Source: Polyangiaceae bacterium
GTDB lineage: Bacteria > Myxococcota_A > Polyangia > Polyangiales > Polyangiaceae
Assembly: GCA_035688655.1 (NCBI GenBank)
Contig: DASSMT010000317.1
Coordinates: 647 to 64,646, forward strand
Direction: 5' to 3'
Length of the DNA: 64,000 bases
Part shown: positions 63,852 through 64,000 of the stretch, one piece after another
Numbering within the stretch: the stretch's first letter is position 1
Layout of the letters: every line of letters begins with the position of its first letter
Made by a program: the position numbers and the translations under genes
Notes under the pieces: generated by a model
What the model saw: only the letters and a program-made list of their open reading frames with translations
Told to the model about the DNA's origin: nothing
The model's database searches: none

Positions 63852-64000
63852 ATGTCATATTTGAAATCGATCGTTTCCGTGTCAGGCCTCGTGGCCTTGT
63901 TCGCAGTCGGGTGTGCCGGCTCGGAAGTGCCGCTCGATCACCTGACCGACGCCAAAGCCACGATTCGGGCGGCGCAAGAAGCAGGCGCACAGAGCACCCC
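63852..64000 (+). CDS. DUF4398-like lipoprotein, truncated by window end
   Basis: RBS GAGGA; MSYLKSIVSVSGLVALFAVGCAGSEVP...AKATIRAAQEAGA. Confidence 0.7.
   Translation, partial: MSYLKSIVSVSGLVALFAVGCAGSEVPLDHLTDAKATIRAAQEAGAQST

Overview
High-GC bacterial DNA, most likely from a myxobacterium of the Polyangiaceae type (MYXO-CTERM-anchored protein, three Hanks-type Ser/Thr kinases, a kinase-TPR/PEGA-lipoprotein triad). I saw no rRNA, tRNA, CRISPR array or mobile element. 1-13 kb holds sugar-phosphate housekeeping genes (pgi, pgm, phosphomannomutase), two Hsp20s, BCP, TrmO, an LPMO-like surface protein and a GH9. 13-22.5 kb is a five-gene operon of circularly permuted ATP-grasp, alpha-E and transglutaminase/amidoligase genes. 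22.7-22.9 kb is an unannotated promoter + leader peptide + terminator/antiterminator switch ahead of a membrane protein and a GH5. 24.8-38 kb holds surface/signalling genes, a RibD-Zn dehydrogenase-PTPS trio and a Cys-ladder lipoprotein with a beta-barrel partner. The strongest signal is 38.4-64 kb. Every transcription unit I could identify there starts at a sigma54-type -24/-12 promoter (14 sites, 12 in six divergent pairs, several giving leaderless mRNAs), and several spacers share a 15-bp palindromic enhancer-like motif. The island combines general-stress-type genes (DUF1328, PA2169-like, holin-like, AI-2E, BON, GT4-GH130) with a 9-repeat poly-HAMP hybrid kinase, orphan CheR/CheB, a second hybrid kinase, a ChpT-like pseudokinase and two NtrC-family activators. 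It is a candidate sigma54-wired general stress response with its own phosphorelay. All family calls come from motif recognition by eye, not database searches.
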